Shown here one piece after another: positions 18,140-28,649 of a stretch of DNA of 64,000 nt; position 1 is the first letter of the stretch, and every line of letters starts with the position of its first letter. Origin of the DNA: an uncultured Alphaproteobacteria bacterium (lineage in GTDB: Bacteria > Pseudomonadota > Alphaproteobacteria > Methylaequorales > Methylaequoraceae). The notes beneath the pieces were generated by a model that saw nothing but the letters and a program-made list of their open reading frames with translations, searched no databases and had not been told where the DNA came from. The DNA lies in NCBI GenBank assembly GCA_902540805.1, contig CACBON010000003.1, positions 23,057 through 87,056 on the forward strand. Reading direction: 5' to 3'. Made by a program: the position numbers and the translations under genes.

Positions 18140-18859
18140 CTATTTAATTTTTTTTATATTCGCAAAAAAGAACACACCTATAAGACCGCATGCAATCATA
18201 AACCAAGTGAGTGCGTATTGTAAATGATTGTTTCGTAAATATATTCGTGTTTGATTTCCTAAAGGGAATCCGTTAGGTCCGTTTTTAACGGCTTCTAGAT
18301 AATATTTGTTTTCAAAATTCATTTTAAGGTATTCGCTCATTAATTCTGGTTCAACGAAGAACCAAGTGTTTGTGTTAATATCATTGTCGGGTTGAAAATA
18401 TCCTTTTCTTCCTGATGTTCTAATTACAGCTTCAAAAGTTTGTGAATTTTTTGAAATATTCAGCAACCTTTTTTCCTTTTCTTTTATTTTGAGCGGAACC
18501 CAACCGGTATCATATATGATAAACTTTCCTGAAGTTGTTTTTAATGGTACTAAAATATGAAAACCATTGTTACCTCTTTTACTTAATGCTGGCATATACA
18601 TTTCAAATTCATTCAATAGTTGACCATCAACAAAAACTTTTCTAAATTCGTTTTTTTCAGGTTGATTCAAACTTACAAAACTGATGGGATCAGACTCAAA
18701 GCTGCTAATTCTTTGCGATATCAAATCAGTTTTCCAATTAAGTCTTTTTATCTGCCACCCAGAAAGACCAAGTAGTATTGATAAGGCAACAATGAAAGCA
18801 AATAAGGGAAATGGTCGTGGTTTGAAGGAGTAACAGTTTGAGTTAAAATTGAATTTCAT
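18140..18859 (-). CDS. SURF1-family cytochrome oxidase assembly protein
   Basis: It has N- and C-terminal TM segments, the motifs GWQ..RL.WK and HLQYALTWF, and a position directly after ctaE. Confidence 0.85.
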   Translation of the reverse strand: MKFNFNSNCYSFKPRPFPLFAFIVALSILLGLSGWQIKRLNWKTDLISQRISSFESDPISFVSLNQPEKNEFRKVFVDGQLLNEFEMYMPALSKRGNNGFHILVPLKTTSGKFIIYDTGWVPLKIKEKEKRLLNISKNSQTFEAVIRTSGRKGYFQPDNDINTNTWFFVEPELMSEYLKMNFENKYYLEAVKNGPNGFPLGNQTRIYLRNNHLQYALTWFMIACGLIGVFFFANIKKIK

Positions 18860-18865
18860 TCTTGT

Positions 18866-19690
18866 TTATGCGGCAGCCCACCAATAAACAAATGTGAATA
18901 GAAACAGCCAGACAACATCTACAAAATGCCAATACCAGGCGGCAAATTCAAAGCCTAAATGTTTTTTGGGCGTAAAATGTCCTTTTAAAGCTCTGAAGTA
19001 ACATACTAATAAAAAGATTGTACCAACTATAACATGAAAACCATGAAATCCAGTAGCCATGTAAAAAGTTGATGGGTAAATACCGTCCTCAATTCCAAAA
19101 GTAGCGACTTTATATTCGTAAGCTTGAAATCCAGTGAAAATAATACCTAAAATAATGGTCAACAATAAAAATAGCAAAAAGTTTTTTCTATCATTGGACC
19201 TTAGTGCATGATGAGCCCACGTTATGGTTCCGCCAGAAGCTAGCAAGATAAAAGTGTTTAACAAAGGTACGCCAAAAGGCGAAATTAATTCTATATCTTC
19301 AGGAGGAAATGCACCACCTATCGTATCTTGTCGACCTATAAGCTCAGGGCTTTCAGCGCCAGGATAAAACGCAACATCAAAAAACGCCCAGAACCAAGCT
19401 GCAAAAAACATGACCTCTGACATTATAAATAGTATCATGCCGTATCTTAGCCCAATTTGGACAACAGTGTTGTGATATCCACCACCCTCTGACTCAGAAA
19501 CAACATCTCTCCACCAAAAAATGCTCGATAAAACAACTGCCACAGACCCTATGGTAAAGACTAAAGTTTTACCATCGTGCATAAGGAATATAAAACCTAT
19601 CGCCATTATTAAAGCTGAAAATGAAGTAACAAGTGGCCAAGGACTAGGGTCAACTAGATGATAGGGATGTTTCTGATTATTATCACTCAT
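18866..19690 (-). CDS. ctaE: Cytochrome c oxidase subunit III
   Basis: HPYHLVDPSPWP is at the N-terminus. It has 7 TM segments and the motif FGFE.AAWYWHFVDVVWLFLF. Confidence 0.95.
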   Translation of the reverse strand: MSDNNQKHPYHLVDPSPWPLVTSFSALIMAIGFIFLMHDGKTLVFTIGSVAVVLSSIFWWRDVVSESEGGGYHNTVVQIGLRYGMILFIMSEVMFFAAWFWAFFDVAFYPGAESPELIGRQDTIGGAFPPEDIELISPFGVPLLNTFILLASGGTITWAHHALRSNDRKNFLLFLLLTIILGIIFTGFQAYEYKVATFGIEDGIYPSTFYMATGFHGFHVIVGTIFLLVCYFRALKGHFTPKKHLGFEFAAWYWHFVDVVWLFLFTFVYWWAAA

Positions 19691-20222
19691 TTTTTCTAAC
19701 GTACATTGTATATGAGAGGGTTATTTCCTGCAAATCTTTGATAAATTTATCATCTTTAATTGAGGCGTCAACAAAAAAAGATACGGGCATACTGACCTCT
19801 TCATTTGCAGATAAAACTTGCTCTTCGAAGCAAAAGCACTCAATTTTATTAAAATATTGTCCCGCCTGTAAAGGGCTAACATTGAAGACTGACATAGTGG
19901 TAATGGGTTTATCAGAATTATTTTTTGCCTTAAAAAAAGCTAGACTGTTTTCACCAATCTGAACTTCAATTTTTTTAACCTCTGGTTTAAAAGAAATGAC
20001 AGAATTTCTATCAATAGTAGAGTCGAACCTAACATCAATTTTTTCTTTAATTTTATAACTGTTGTTCTCAGATGAGATCTGAGGAGTCCCTCCGTACCCT
20101 GTAACTTTACAAAAAATTTTATAGAGCGGGACTGCTGCGTAACTCATTGCCAACATTCCAATGGCAAACGCCAATAGGTAAAAAGCTTGTTTAACTTTTT
20201 TATTTTGATCTCTAGCTATCAT
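19683..20222 (-). CDS. ctaG: Cytochrome c oxidase assembly protein CtaG/Cox11
   Basis: It has a single TM segment, the motifs PLY..FC..TG.GGT and IECFCF, and a size of about 180 aa. Confidence 0.9.
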   Translation of the reverse strand: MIARDQNKKVKQAFYLLAFAIGMLAMSYAAVPLYKIFCKVTGYGGTPQISSENNSYKIKEKIDVRFDSTIDRNSVISFKPEVKKIEVQIGENSLAFFKAKNNSDKPITTMSVFNVSPLQAGQYFNKIECFCFEEQVLSANEEVSMPVSFFVDASIKDDKFIKDLQEITLSYTMYVRKNE

Positions 20223-20223
20223 A

Positions 20224-20313
20224 TTAAAATTTTAAAACTGTTATAAAATAAAATATAGTGGCTAACAAAAACAAAGCCAGTCCTAACGCTATATTTTTTT
20301 TATTTTTTTTCAT
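20224..20313 (-). CDS. Small (29 aa) single-pass membrane ORF between ctaB and ctaG
   Basis: It is not in the ORF track because it is too short. Hand translation gives MKKNKKNIALGLALFLLATIFYFITVLKF*. Its ATG (20313-20311) shares one base with the ctaB stop (TAATG). Its stop lies 1 nt before the ctaG ATG. It has a Lys-rich N-terminus followed by about 20 hydrophobic residues. Confidence 0.5.
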   Translation of the reverse strand: MKKNKKNIALGLALFLLATIFYFITVLKF

Positions 20314-21227
20314 TAAAATAGTGAGTCAACAACAAGCGAAGAAAACATCAAATATAAATATAAAATTGAAAATTTGAATAGTTTTGGCGCAAAACCAGAG
20401 TGTTTCGAATCATTACTCCTTAGTAATCTTAAAGATAAATAGCAAAAATAAATGTTTAAGATCAGGGCAGAGCTAAGATAAAATAGCCCTGAATAACTTA
20501 ATATGTATGGCAAAAGTGAAACTAAAAACAAAATAATAGCATAGATCATGATCTGATTTTTAGTTACTCTTTTTCCCTTAACAACTGGAAGCATCGGAAC
20601 GTTAGCTTTTGAATATTCTATATCTTTATACAGTGCTAGTGCCCAAAAATGTGGTGGAGTCCAAAAGAATATAATGCAAAATAACAGGACAGGAAAGAAA
20701 CTGATATCATTGGCTGAGCAAACCCAACCAATTACAGGAGGGAAAGCTCCTGCTGCACCTCCAATTACAATATTTTGAGAAGTTCTTCTTTTAAGCCATA
20801 CAGTGTATACAAATATGTAAAAAAAAATCGAAAAGGCTAATAAGAAAGCTGCTTTGTAGTTTACAGCAAGACCTAAAACAATTGTCGAAATAACTGACAA
20901 CACAACTCCGAAACCCAGCGCGTCTAGAGGTTCAACTTTTCCAACTGGAATTGGTCTTTTTTTTGTTCTTTCCATCAAAGAGTCGATATCTCTATCATAC
21001 CACATGTTTATAGCACCAGATGCTCCTGCTCCTATTGATATACAAAGAATTGAAATGAAAAAAAAGAAAGGATGTATGCTTTGTGGAGCAAGTATCACGC
21101 CACAAATTGATGTAAATACAGCAAGTGACATTACCCTGGGTTTTAGCAAAGTAAGAAAATCACCAACTGAACTGTCGTTTGGGCCCAGTATTTGGGCGCT
21201 ATATTTCAACGATTTAGACTGCAACAC
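20313..21227 (-). CDS. ctaB: Protoheme IX farnesyltransferase (heme O synthase)
   Basis: It has the UbiA-superfamily fold, the motifs NMWYDRDID..M.RT..RP and WTPPHFWALA, and sits within the cta cluster. Confidence 0.92.
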   Translation of the reverse strand: MLQSKSLKYSAQILGPNDSSVGDFLTLLKPRVMSLAVFTSICGVILAPQSIHPFFFFISILCISIGAGASGAINMWYDRDIDSLMERTKKRPIPVGKVEPLDALGFGVVLSVISTIVLGLAVNYKAAFLLAFSIFFYIFVYTVWLKRRTSQNIVIGGAAGAFPPVIGWVCSANDISFFPVLLFCIIFFWTPPHFWALALYKDIEYSKANVPMLPVVKGKRVTKNQIMIYAIILFLVSLLPYILSYSGLFYLSSALILNIYFCYLSLRLLRSNDSKHSGFAPKLFKFSILYLYLMFSSLVVDSLF

Positions 21228-21251
21228 ATTCTCCTCTTTGTTGACAGTAAC

Positions 21252-22817
<1,566 letters not shown>

Positions 22818-22828
22818 TTAGACCTTTC

Positions 22829-23644
22829 TTATTTTTTTGCATAATTATTATTGTTATCGCTTGCGAATTCTTCTTTAGCTATTTCAACCCATGAAGCAAA
22901 TTCTTCTTCTGTAACTGCTTTGATAGAGATTGGCATAAACCCGTGTCCTACACCGCATAACTCAGAACATTGACCATAATACATTCCTGGCTCTTTAATG
23001 TTGAAGTAAGTTTCATTTAATCTGCCTGGGATCGCATCCATTTTAACGCCCAGTGAAGGTACAGCCCAAGAGTGGATAACACCGGATGGATCACTTGTAA
23101 TCTGCATTTTAATATTTTTGTTGACTGGAACCACAAGTTGGTAGTCAGTTGTTAATAATCTAGGTTGACCTTCTTCAAGTTCTTCATCTTCAACAATGAC
23201 CGAGTCAAATGTAATTCCCTCGTGGTCTGGATATTCATATCCCCACCACCATGTATAGCCTGTTGCTTTAATAGTCATATCAATGTTAGTGAAATCGTTT
23301 TGATTATACAACAGTCTAAAAGACGGAATAGCTATGACAACAAGGAGAAGTACAGGAATTAGTGTCCAAGCTATTTCTAGAGTTGCATTGTGCGTTGTCG
23401 TTGAAGGTTTTTTATTATTTTTTGCACTAAACCTAACACAAACGTAAGCTAAGAGCAAAAATACAAATACTGTGATTGCTGTTATTATCCAAAATACAAA
23501 ATCGTGGAAATCGATTAATTGTTGCATTAAAGGTGAACCTGCTTCTTGAAAACTTAACTGCCATTCGGTTGGTTGACCTTTAGCAAAAATCTGGTTAGCT
23601 ATAAAAAGAGATGTTAAAAACGTAAAAAATTTCATAAACCACAC
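22829..23644 (-). CDS. ctaC: Cytochrome c oxidase subunit II
   Basis: It has a signal/TM N-terminus and the CuA site HSWAVP...CSELCG.GH..MP. Confidence 0.95.
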   Translation of the reverse strand: MWFMKFFTFLTSLFIANQIFAKGQPTEWQLSFQEAGSPLMQQLIDFHDFVFWIITAITVFVFLLLAYVCVRFSAKNNKKPSTTTHNATLEIAWTLIPVLLLVVIAIPSFRLLYNQNDFTNIDMTIKATGYTWWWGYEYPDHEGITFDSVIVEDEELEEGQPRLLTTDYQLVVPVNKNIKMQITSDPSGVIHSWAVPSLGVKMDAIPGRLNETYFNIKEPGMYYGQCSELCGVGHGFMPISIKAVTEEEFASWVEIAKEEFASDNNNNYAKK

Positions 23645-23795
23645 ATATTAATAATAACTTAATATAATGATCATTTAGAAAAAAACAAATAATTATTCAT
23701 TAAAAATTAATAAAAAATCTTTACATGTATTATATATTAGTGTTTTTTTTTTAATCATTAATATATTTACAATTAATCTTATATATCGAGGTAAA

Positions 23796-25199
23796 ATGAA
23801 AACTATAAAAAAAGACTGGAATGAAGAAAAAATAAAATCATCAGTCAATGAATTATTGGATAATTTCGACGAAGGAGAATTGTTTGTTGAAGAAGTTTAT
23901 TCCGAAAATATTTTTTTTGACGATAATAAAATTAAGAACGCAAGTTATGACCAGGATAAAGGGTTCGGTCTAAGAACAGTAAATAATGATTCTGTAAATT
24001 TCGCACATAATACAGAATTGTCAGACGAAGCTTTTTCAAAAGCAATGAAGTCTGTAAAAGAACAACAAAAATTAAACCCAAATCCACCTAAATTCAAAAA
24101 TTTAAACAGTAATTTATCTCTTTACACAAATGAGAACCCTATTGATAAAGTGACTTTAACTCAAAAAATTAATTTTCTTGATAAAGTTAATACATTCGCA
24201 AGAGAAATTGACGAACGAGTTAAAGAAGTTTCAGTAAGTTTGAACGGTAATCACCAAAATATAGAAGTGATTACAAAAAATGGAGATATTTTCTATGACT
24301 CTAGACCTTTAGTGAGAATGAATATTAACATTACAGTTCAAAAAAAAAATAAAGTTGAAACAGGCTCCTTTGGAATGGGTGGCAGATATTTATACTCTGA
24401 ACTTTTAAATGAAAGTAATTGGAAAAACGGAGTAAAAAAAGCCTACGAACAAGCAATAGTAAAATTATCAGCAAAAGAAACACCAGCTGGTGAACAAATT
24501 GTAATACTTGGACCTGGCTGGCCAGGTATTCTTCTACATGAAGCAATTGGTCACGGACTTGAAGGCGACTTTAATAGAAAAAAAACCTCTGCTTTTTTTG
24601 ATCTGGTTGGGAAAAAGATTGCTTCTGATCAAGTTTCAGTTGTGGATGATGGTACAATTAACAAAAGAAGAGGGTCTCTAACTATTGATGATGAAGGTAC
24701 ACCCTCTCAAAACACAATGTTAATTGAAAATGGTGTATTAAAAGGTTTTATGCATGATCGATTAAATGCTGGATTGATGAATCAAAGTCCAACTGGAAAC
24801 GGAAGACGTCAAAGTTATTCTCACTTACCAATGCCAAGGATGACAAATACATATATGTTAAATGGTAGATATGAACACGATGAACTTATAAAGTCGACAA
24901 AAAAAGGAATTTACGCATCTCAGTTTAGCGGTGGACAAGTTGATATCACTTCTGGAAAATTTGTTTTTAGTGCATCAGAGGCTTATGAAATAATAGACGG
25001 CAAAATTTGTAGTCCATTAAAAGGAGCTACTTTAATAGGTAATGGTCCTGAAATTCTTAAAGAAGTTACAATGGTTGCCAACAATTTAAAATTGGATGAC
25101 GGTATTGGAACCTGTGGCAAAGAGGGTCAAAGTGTTCCTGTTGGAGTAGGTCAACCAAGCCTAAAAGTTAGGAATTTAACAGTCGGAGGAACAATCTAA
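23796..25199 (+). CDS. tldD: Metalloprotease TldD
   Basis: HEAIGHGLEGD is the zinc motif. The size is about 470 aa and the C-terminus is GG...I. Confidence 0.9.
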   Translation: MKTIKKDWNEEKIKSSVNELLDNFDEGELFVEEVYSENIFFDDNKIKNASYDQDKGFGLRTVNNDSVNFAHNTELSDEAFSKAMKSVKEQQKLNPNPPKFKNLNSNLSLYTNENPIDKVTLTQKINFLDKVNTFAREIDERVKEVSVSLNGNHQNIEVITKNGDIFYDSRPLVRMNINITVQKKNKVETGSFGMGGRYLYSELLNESNWKNGVKKAYEQAIVKLSAKETPAGEQIVILGPGWPGILLHEAIGHGLEGDFNRKKTSAFFDLVGKKIASDQVSVVDDGTINKRRGSLTIDDEGTPSQNTMLIENGVLKGFMHDRLNAGLMNQSPTGNGRRQSYSHLPMPRMTNTYMLNGRYEHDELIKSTKKGIYASQFSGGQVDITSGKFVFSASEAYEIIDGKICSPLKGATLIGNGPEILKEVTMVANNLKLDDGIGTCGKEGQSVPVGVGQPSLKVRNLTVGGTI

Positions 25200-25483
25200 T
25201 TCTTTGATTTGTCAAATAATTCTTCCTCATATGAGATAAATGATTGAATCATACCTTCCCAAAGCTTTCTTACTAACGCTCTTGGTATACCTCTCTTAGA
25301 AGCTTCAGCATCTAAACTTTCTAATATTTTTGAAATTCTTTCTTGATCAATAATTTGATTTCTATTTTTAAATTTGACAATTTCAGTTACAAGATCTTTT
25401 CTTTCAGAAATTAAGTTAAGGATTTTAAGGTCTATTTCGTCTATTTTAGTTCTAATATTTCTTATTTTCTCAGATTTATTCAT
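25196..25483 (-). CDS. Chorismate mutase (small AroQ type)
   Basis: It is a 95-aa helical protein with the pattern R..ID.ID..IL.L...R..L...I...K. Confidence 0.75.
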   Translation of the reverse strand: MNKSEKIRNIRTKIDEIDLKILNLISERKDLVTEIVKFKNRNQIIDQERISKILESLDAEASKRGIPRALVRKLWEGMIQSFISYEEELFDKSKN

Positions 25484-25486
25484 AAA

Positions 25487-26845
25487 TTACTTAAAATAAT
25501 TATTTGTATATAACATATCAATATTATTAGACCATTGATTTAAATATAATTTTTTCCATTTTTCTGCAGGTGATTCACCAGATTTTATAATTTCAATTAA
25601 CGGCTCCAAAAAATAATCCTCAGTTTTACCAGCATTTTCTATGTTTCTTTTTTTAAGCCCTATCGACGACAAATCAATAATTTTTTTTGAAAAATTTTTT
25701 AAATCTTGTTTATCAGGCGTATAAGAATTGAAACCATTAATTCTTACTTCTTTATAAAAGTTTTTAACCTGATCGTAACTCCAAGATTTAATAATATTAG
25801 ATACTTGATCAAGTATTTCTTCATCATACAAGATCCCTGTCCAAAAAGCAGGAAGTGCACAAACTCGAGACCAAGGACCTCCATCTGCACCTCTAAGTTC
25901 TATAAATGATTTCAGTCTAACTTCCGGAAAAACAGTTGTTAAATGAATTTCCCAGTCTCTCATTTCTGGTTCTATCAATTTATCATATTTAATTTTCTTT
26001 TCTAAAAATTGTCTAAAATTTTTTCCTGAAAGATCAATATATTTGTTGTTTCTTACAATAAAATACATTGGAACATCAAGAAGATAGTCAACATATCTTT
26101 CAAACGAAAAATCATCGTCATAAATAAAAGGCAGAAGCCCACACCTATCATTATCTGTGTTAGTCCATATATGAGATCTGTAACTTAGAAATTCTGTAAG
26201 TTTTCCTTCAATAAATGGCGAGTTTGCATATAAAGCAACTATTACAGGCTGAATGGATTGAGCTACTCTAAACTTTTTTTTCATATCAGACTCAGATGCA
26301 AAGTCAAAGTTGGCCTGAATGGTGGTTGTCCTTTTCATCATATCTAAACCCATTTCTCCAACTAGTGGCATATATTTACTCATTATTTCGTATCTTTTTT
26401 TTGGCATTAGTTTAAGGTCTGATAATTTCCATTTCGGAAGCACTCCAATTCCCATAAACTCAATTTCATAATTTTTGCAAACAGCATTAAGCTCATCTTG
26501 ATGTAAATTCACTTCTTTGCATGTTTCAAATAAATTTTTAACTGGTGCTCCAGATAGTTCTATTTGTCCACCTGGCTCCAAAGTAATTGAAGTCGCATCT
26601 TTTTTCAGGCCTATAATTTTTTTGTCTTCAATTATTTTTTCCCATTTGTACTTTAAACATAATTCACTAAATATTTTCTGAATCTCGTCGAAAGTTATGG
26701 GTCTGAGATCTTTCTTTTTGAATCCAAATTTCTCATGTTCTGTTCCAATCCTCCAATCCTCTTTTGCCTTGCATCCGCTTGACAGTTTGGCGATCAAATT
26801 TTCTTTACTTAAAACGTTTGTCACTCTAGCAAAGCCCTTACACAC
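25487..26845 (-). CDS. gshA: Glutamate--cysteine ligase, plant/alphaproteobacterial type (GCS2)
   Basis: WRIGTEHEKF and LEPGGQIELSGAP are present, and the size is about 450 aa. Its 5' end overlaps the rsmE stop by 25 nt. Confidence 0.88.
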   Translation of the reverse strand: MCKGFARVTNVLSKENLIAKLSSGCKAKEDWRIGTEHEKFGFKKKDLRPITFDEIQKIFSELCLKYKWEKIIEDKKIIGLKKDATSITLEPGGQIELSGAPVKNLFETCKEVNLHQDELNAVCKNYEIEFMGIGVLPKWKLSDLKLMPKKRYEIMSKYMPLVGEMGLDMMKRTTTIQANFDFASESDMKKKFRVAQSIQPVIVALYANSPFIEGKLTEFLSYRSHIWTNTDNDRCGLLPFIYDDDFSFERYVDYLLDVPMYFIVRNNKYIDLSGKNFRQFLEKKIKYDKLIEPEMRDWEIHLTTVFPEVRLKSFIELRGADGGPWSRVCALPAFWTGILYDEEILDQVSNIIKSWSYDQVKNFYKEVRINGFNSYTPDKQDLKNFSKKIIDLSSIGLKKRNIENAGKTEDYFLEPLIEIIKSGESPAEKWKKLYLNQWSNNIDMLYTNNYFK

Positions 26846-27525
26846 GATAAAGAATATATTGCTGCCGTGTCAGCTTTTAAAATGTTTTTTCCTAGACTTA
26901 TTTTGTAAGTTTTTTTATCCTTAAAATGTTCCCTATCTGAAAAAGACCAACCACCTACTGGGCCAATAAAAATTGCGAACTTTTTATATTCTTTAATAAT
27001 TTTTTTTGCACTCAATATTTTATTTCCTCCTGTTTCATCACACAAAAATATAATTCTTTCGTTATCCCATTCTTCAAGAAGCTCGGGTAAGGACACAGGA
27101 TGAGATATTTCAGGTAAAGATAATGCATCACTTTGCTCAACTGCTTCAATTGATATTTTTTTAAATCTGTTAATATTTATTTGGATTCTAGAGGAGAACT
27201 CGCTAAACATTGGTATAATTTTTTTTACTCCAATTTCAGAAATTTTTTCAACAAGATTGTTTATATTTTTAATTTTAATCAAAGCAAAACAAAGCCAAAT
27301 GTCAGGTAAAATAATTTTTTTCCTTAATAAATTTACAGGTATTATCGACTTTTCAACATTTAAATCAAGCTTACACTCCCATTCATAATTAGAATTAAAA
27401 GCAATTATAGAATCTCCAGTTCTCCTTCTCATAACATTTTTGAGATAATGAATTTGTTTTGAATCAAGTAAAATTTTATGATCTTTTATAATTTTTTTTT
27501 CAAAGTATATTCTAATTTTGGGCAT
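26821..27525 (-). CDS. rsmE: 16S rRNA (uracil1498-N3)-methyltransferase RsmE
   Basis: MPKIRIYF...H.L.NV.RRR.GD and IGPVGGWS are present. The ATG at 27525 is preferred over the tracked upstream start at 27579. Confidence 0.85.
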   Translation of the reverse strand: MPKIRIYFEKKIIKDHKILLDSKQIHYLKNVMRRRTGDSIIAFNSNYEWECKLDLNVEKSIIPVNLLRKKIILPDIWLCFALIKIKNINNLVEKISEIGVKKIIPMFSEFSSRIQININRFKKISIEAVEQSDALSLPEISHPVSLPELLEEWDNERIIFLCDETGGNKILSAKKIIKEYKKFAIFIGPVGGWSFSDREHFKDKKTYKISLGKNILKADTAAIYSLSCVRALLE

Positions 27526-27550
27526 AACTTTATATGAAGATTTGAGATTA

Positions 27551-28414
27551 ATGTTTAAAAAAATTACAAAAAAAAGCAAGAATTTATTAATTCTCGGACG
27601 ATATAATAATCCTGTTGGAGCGTTTCTACTTATGTGGCCTTGTTATTGGGGAGCTTTATCGAATTCTAATCTTAACGCCAGTTTGCTCCAGTGCCTAATT
27701 CTTTTCACCTTAGGTTCGTTTATAATGAGAGGAGCTGGTTGTTGTATTAATGACATTCTTGATAAAGATTTTGATAGAAAAATCCAGAGGACCAAAAAAA
27801 GACCACTCGCATCAGGTTCATTAAATATCCTCGAGTCTATAATATTTACTTTATTTCAACTGCTTTTAGGTTTGATTATTCTGTTACAGTTTGAAACAAA
27901 TGTAATAATTTTAAGTTTAATGATTATGCCTTTAGTTATAACCTACCCTCTTTTCAAAAGATTTACCTATTTTCCTCAAATAATCTTAGGATTAGCCTTT
28001 AATTGGGGTGTTTTAGTAGGATATCAAAGTCAAACGGAAAATTTTAATTTTTCAATACTATATTTATATTTTGCCGGAGTTTTTCTTACAATAGCGTACG
28101 ACACAGTTTATGGTTTTCAAGATATAAAAGGAGACAAAAAAATAGGTCTAAAGTCTTTAGCAATCCTCTTTGAAAAAAAAAGAAAATCTTTATGCTCAAT
28201 ATACGTATTAAGTTCAATCTTTTTTTCGATATTTTTTTTTGAAACTTACGTTAATACTTTTTTAAGTGTGCTATCAAGTTTAATCGTATTTTCGTTGCTA
28301 ATAAAACAGTTTTTAAATTTTGAGAATGGAATAGAAATTAATAAGATATTCAAATCAAATATTAAAACTGGTGGAATAATTACTTTTCTTATAATTGTTC
28401 AAAACTATTTGTGA
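27551..28414 (+). CDS. ubiA: 4-hydroxybenzoate polyprenyltransferase
   Basis: GAGCCINDILDKDFDRKIQRTKKRPLASG and the second Asp-rich motif (YDT.YGFQD..GD) are present. The ATG at 27551 is preferred over the tracked TTG at 27518. Confidence 0.88.
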   Translation: MFKKITKKSKNLLILGRYNNPVGAFLLMWPCYWGALSNSNLNASLLQCLILFTLGSFIMRGAGCCINDILDKDFDRKIQRTKKRPLASGSLNILESIIFTLFQLLLGLIILLQFETNVIILSLMIMPLVITYPLFKRFTYFPQIILGLAFNWGVLVGYQSQTENFNFSILYLYFAGVFLTIAYDTVYGFQDIKGDKKIGLKSLAILFEKKRKSLCSIYVLSSIFFSIFFFETYVNTFLSVLSSLIVFSLLIKQFLNFENGIEINKIFKSNIKTGGIITFLIIVQNYL

Positions 28415-28590
28415 GGTAAAATTATATATCTAACGTTACAATGATCAACGTTTTCCCATGAAATTTTTTCCCAATATTTTTTCGCCTCTTGATAGGTTTC
28501 AAAAGGACCGTATTTTTCTTTTTCAGAGTCGTCCACAAATTCGTTAAAAGAAGTATTTTTATAAAGTCCACCTACAACAAAATAACTCAT
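28405..28590 (-). CDS. Small conserved protein, DUF4170-like
   Basis: It is 61 aa: FVVGG.Y....F.......E.YGPF..Y.EA...W......NVD.C.VRY.I. This resembles the alphaproteobacterial DUF4170 family from memory and has not been verified. Confidence 0.45.
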   Translation of the reverse strand: MSYFVVGGLYKNTSFNEFVDDSEKEKYGPFETYQEAKKYWEKISWENVDHCNVRYIILPHK

Positions 28591-28649
28591 AAAAAAAATA
28601 CTATTCTCATATTGTATTTATAGCAAATTAAAATATAAATTAAGATTCT

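Noticed and set aside
23645-23795. The largest non-coding gap (151 nt), considered as a possible ncRNA, riboswitch or origin-like element. It contains short palindromes: aatgatcatt (23666-23675) and ttaatcattaa (about 23750).
   Set aside because: It is almost pure A/T, so no stable structure is possible. Short AT palindromes are expected by chance at this composition. The simplest reading is that it holds the divergent promoters for ctaC and tldD. The palindromes could be operators, but I cannot support that from sequence alone.
27518-27579. The tracked starts make ubiA (TTG at 27518) and rsmE (27579) overlap divergently by 62 nt.
   Set aside because: Family-typical N-termini begin at the ATG at 27551 (MFKKITKK..., ubiA) and the ATG at 27525 (MPKIRIYF, rsmE). 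That gives a 25-nt spacer.
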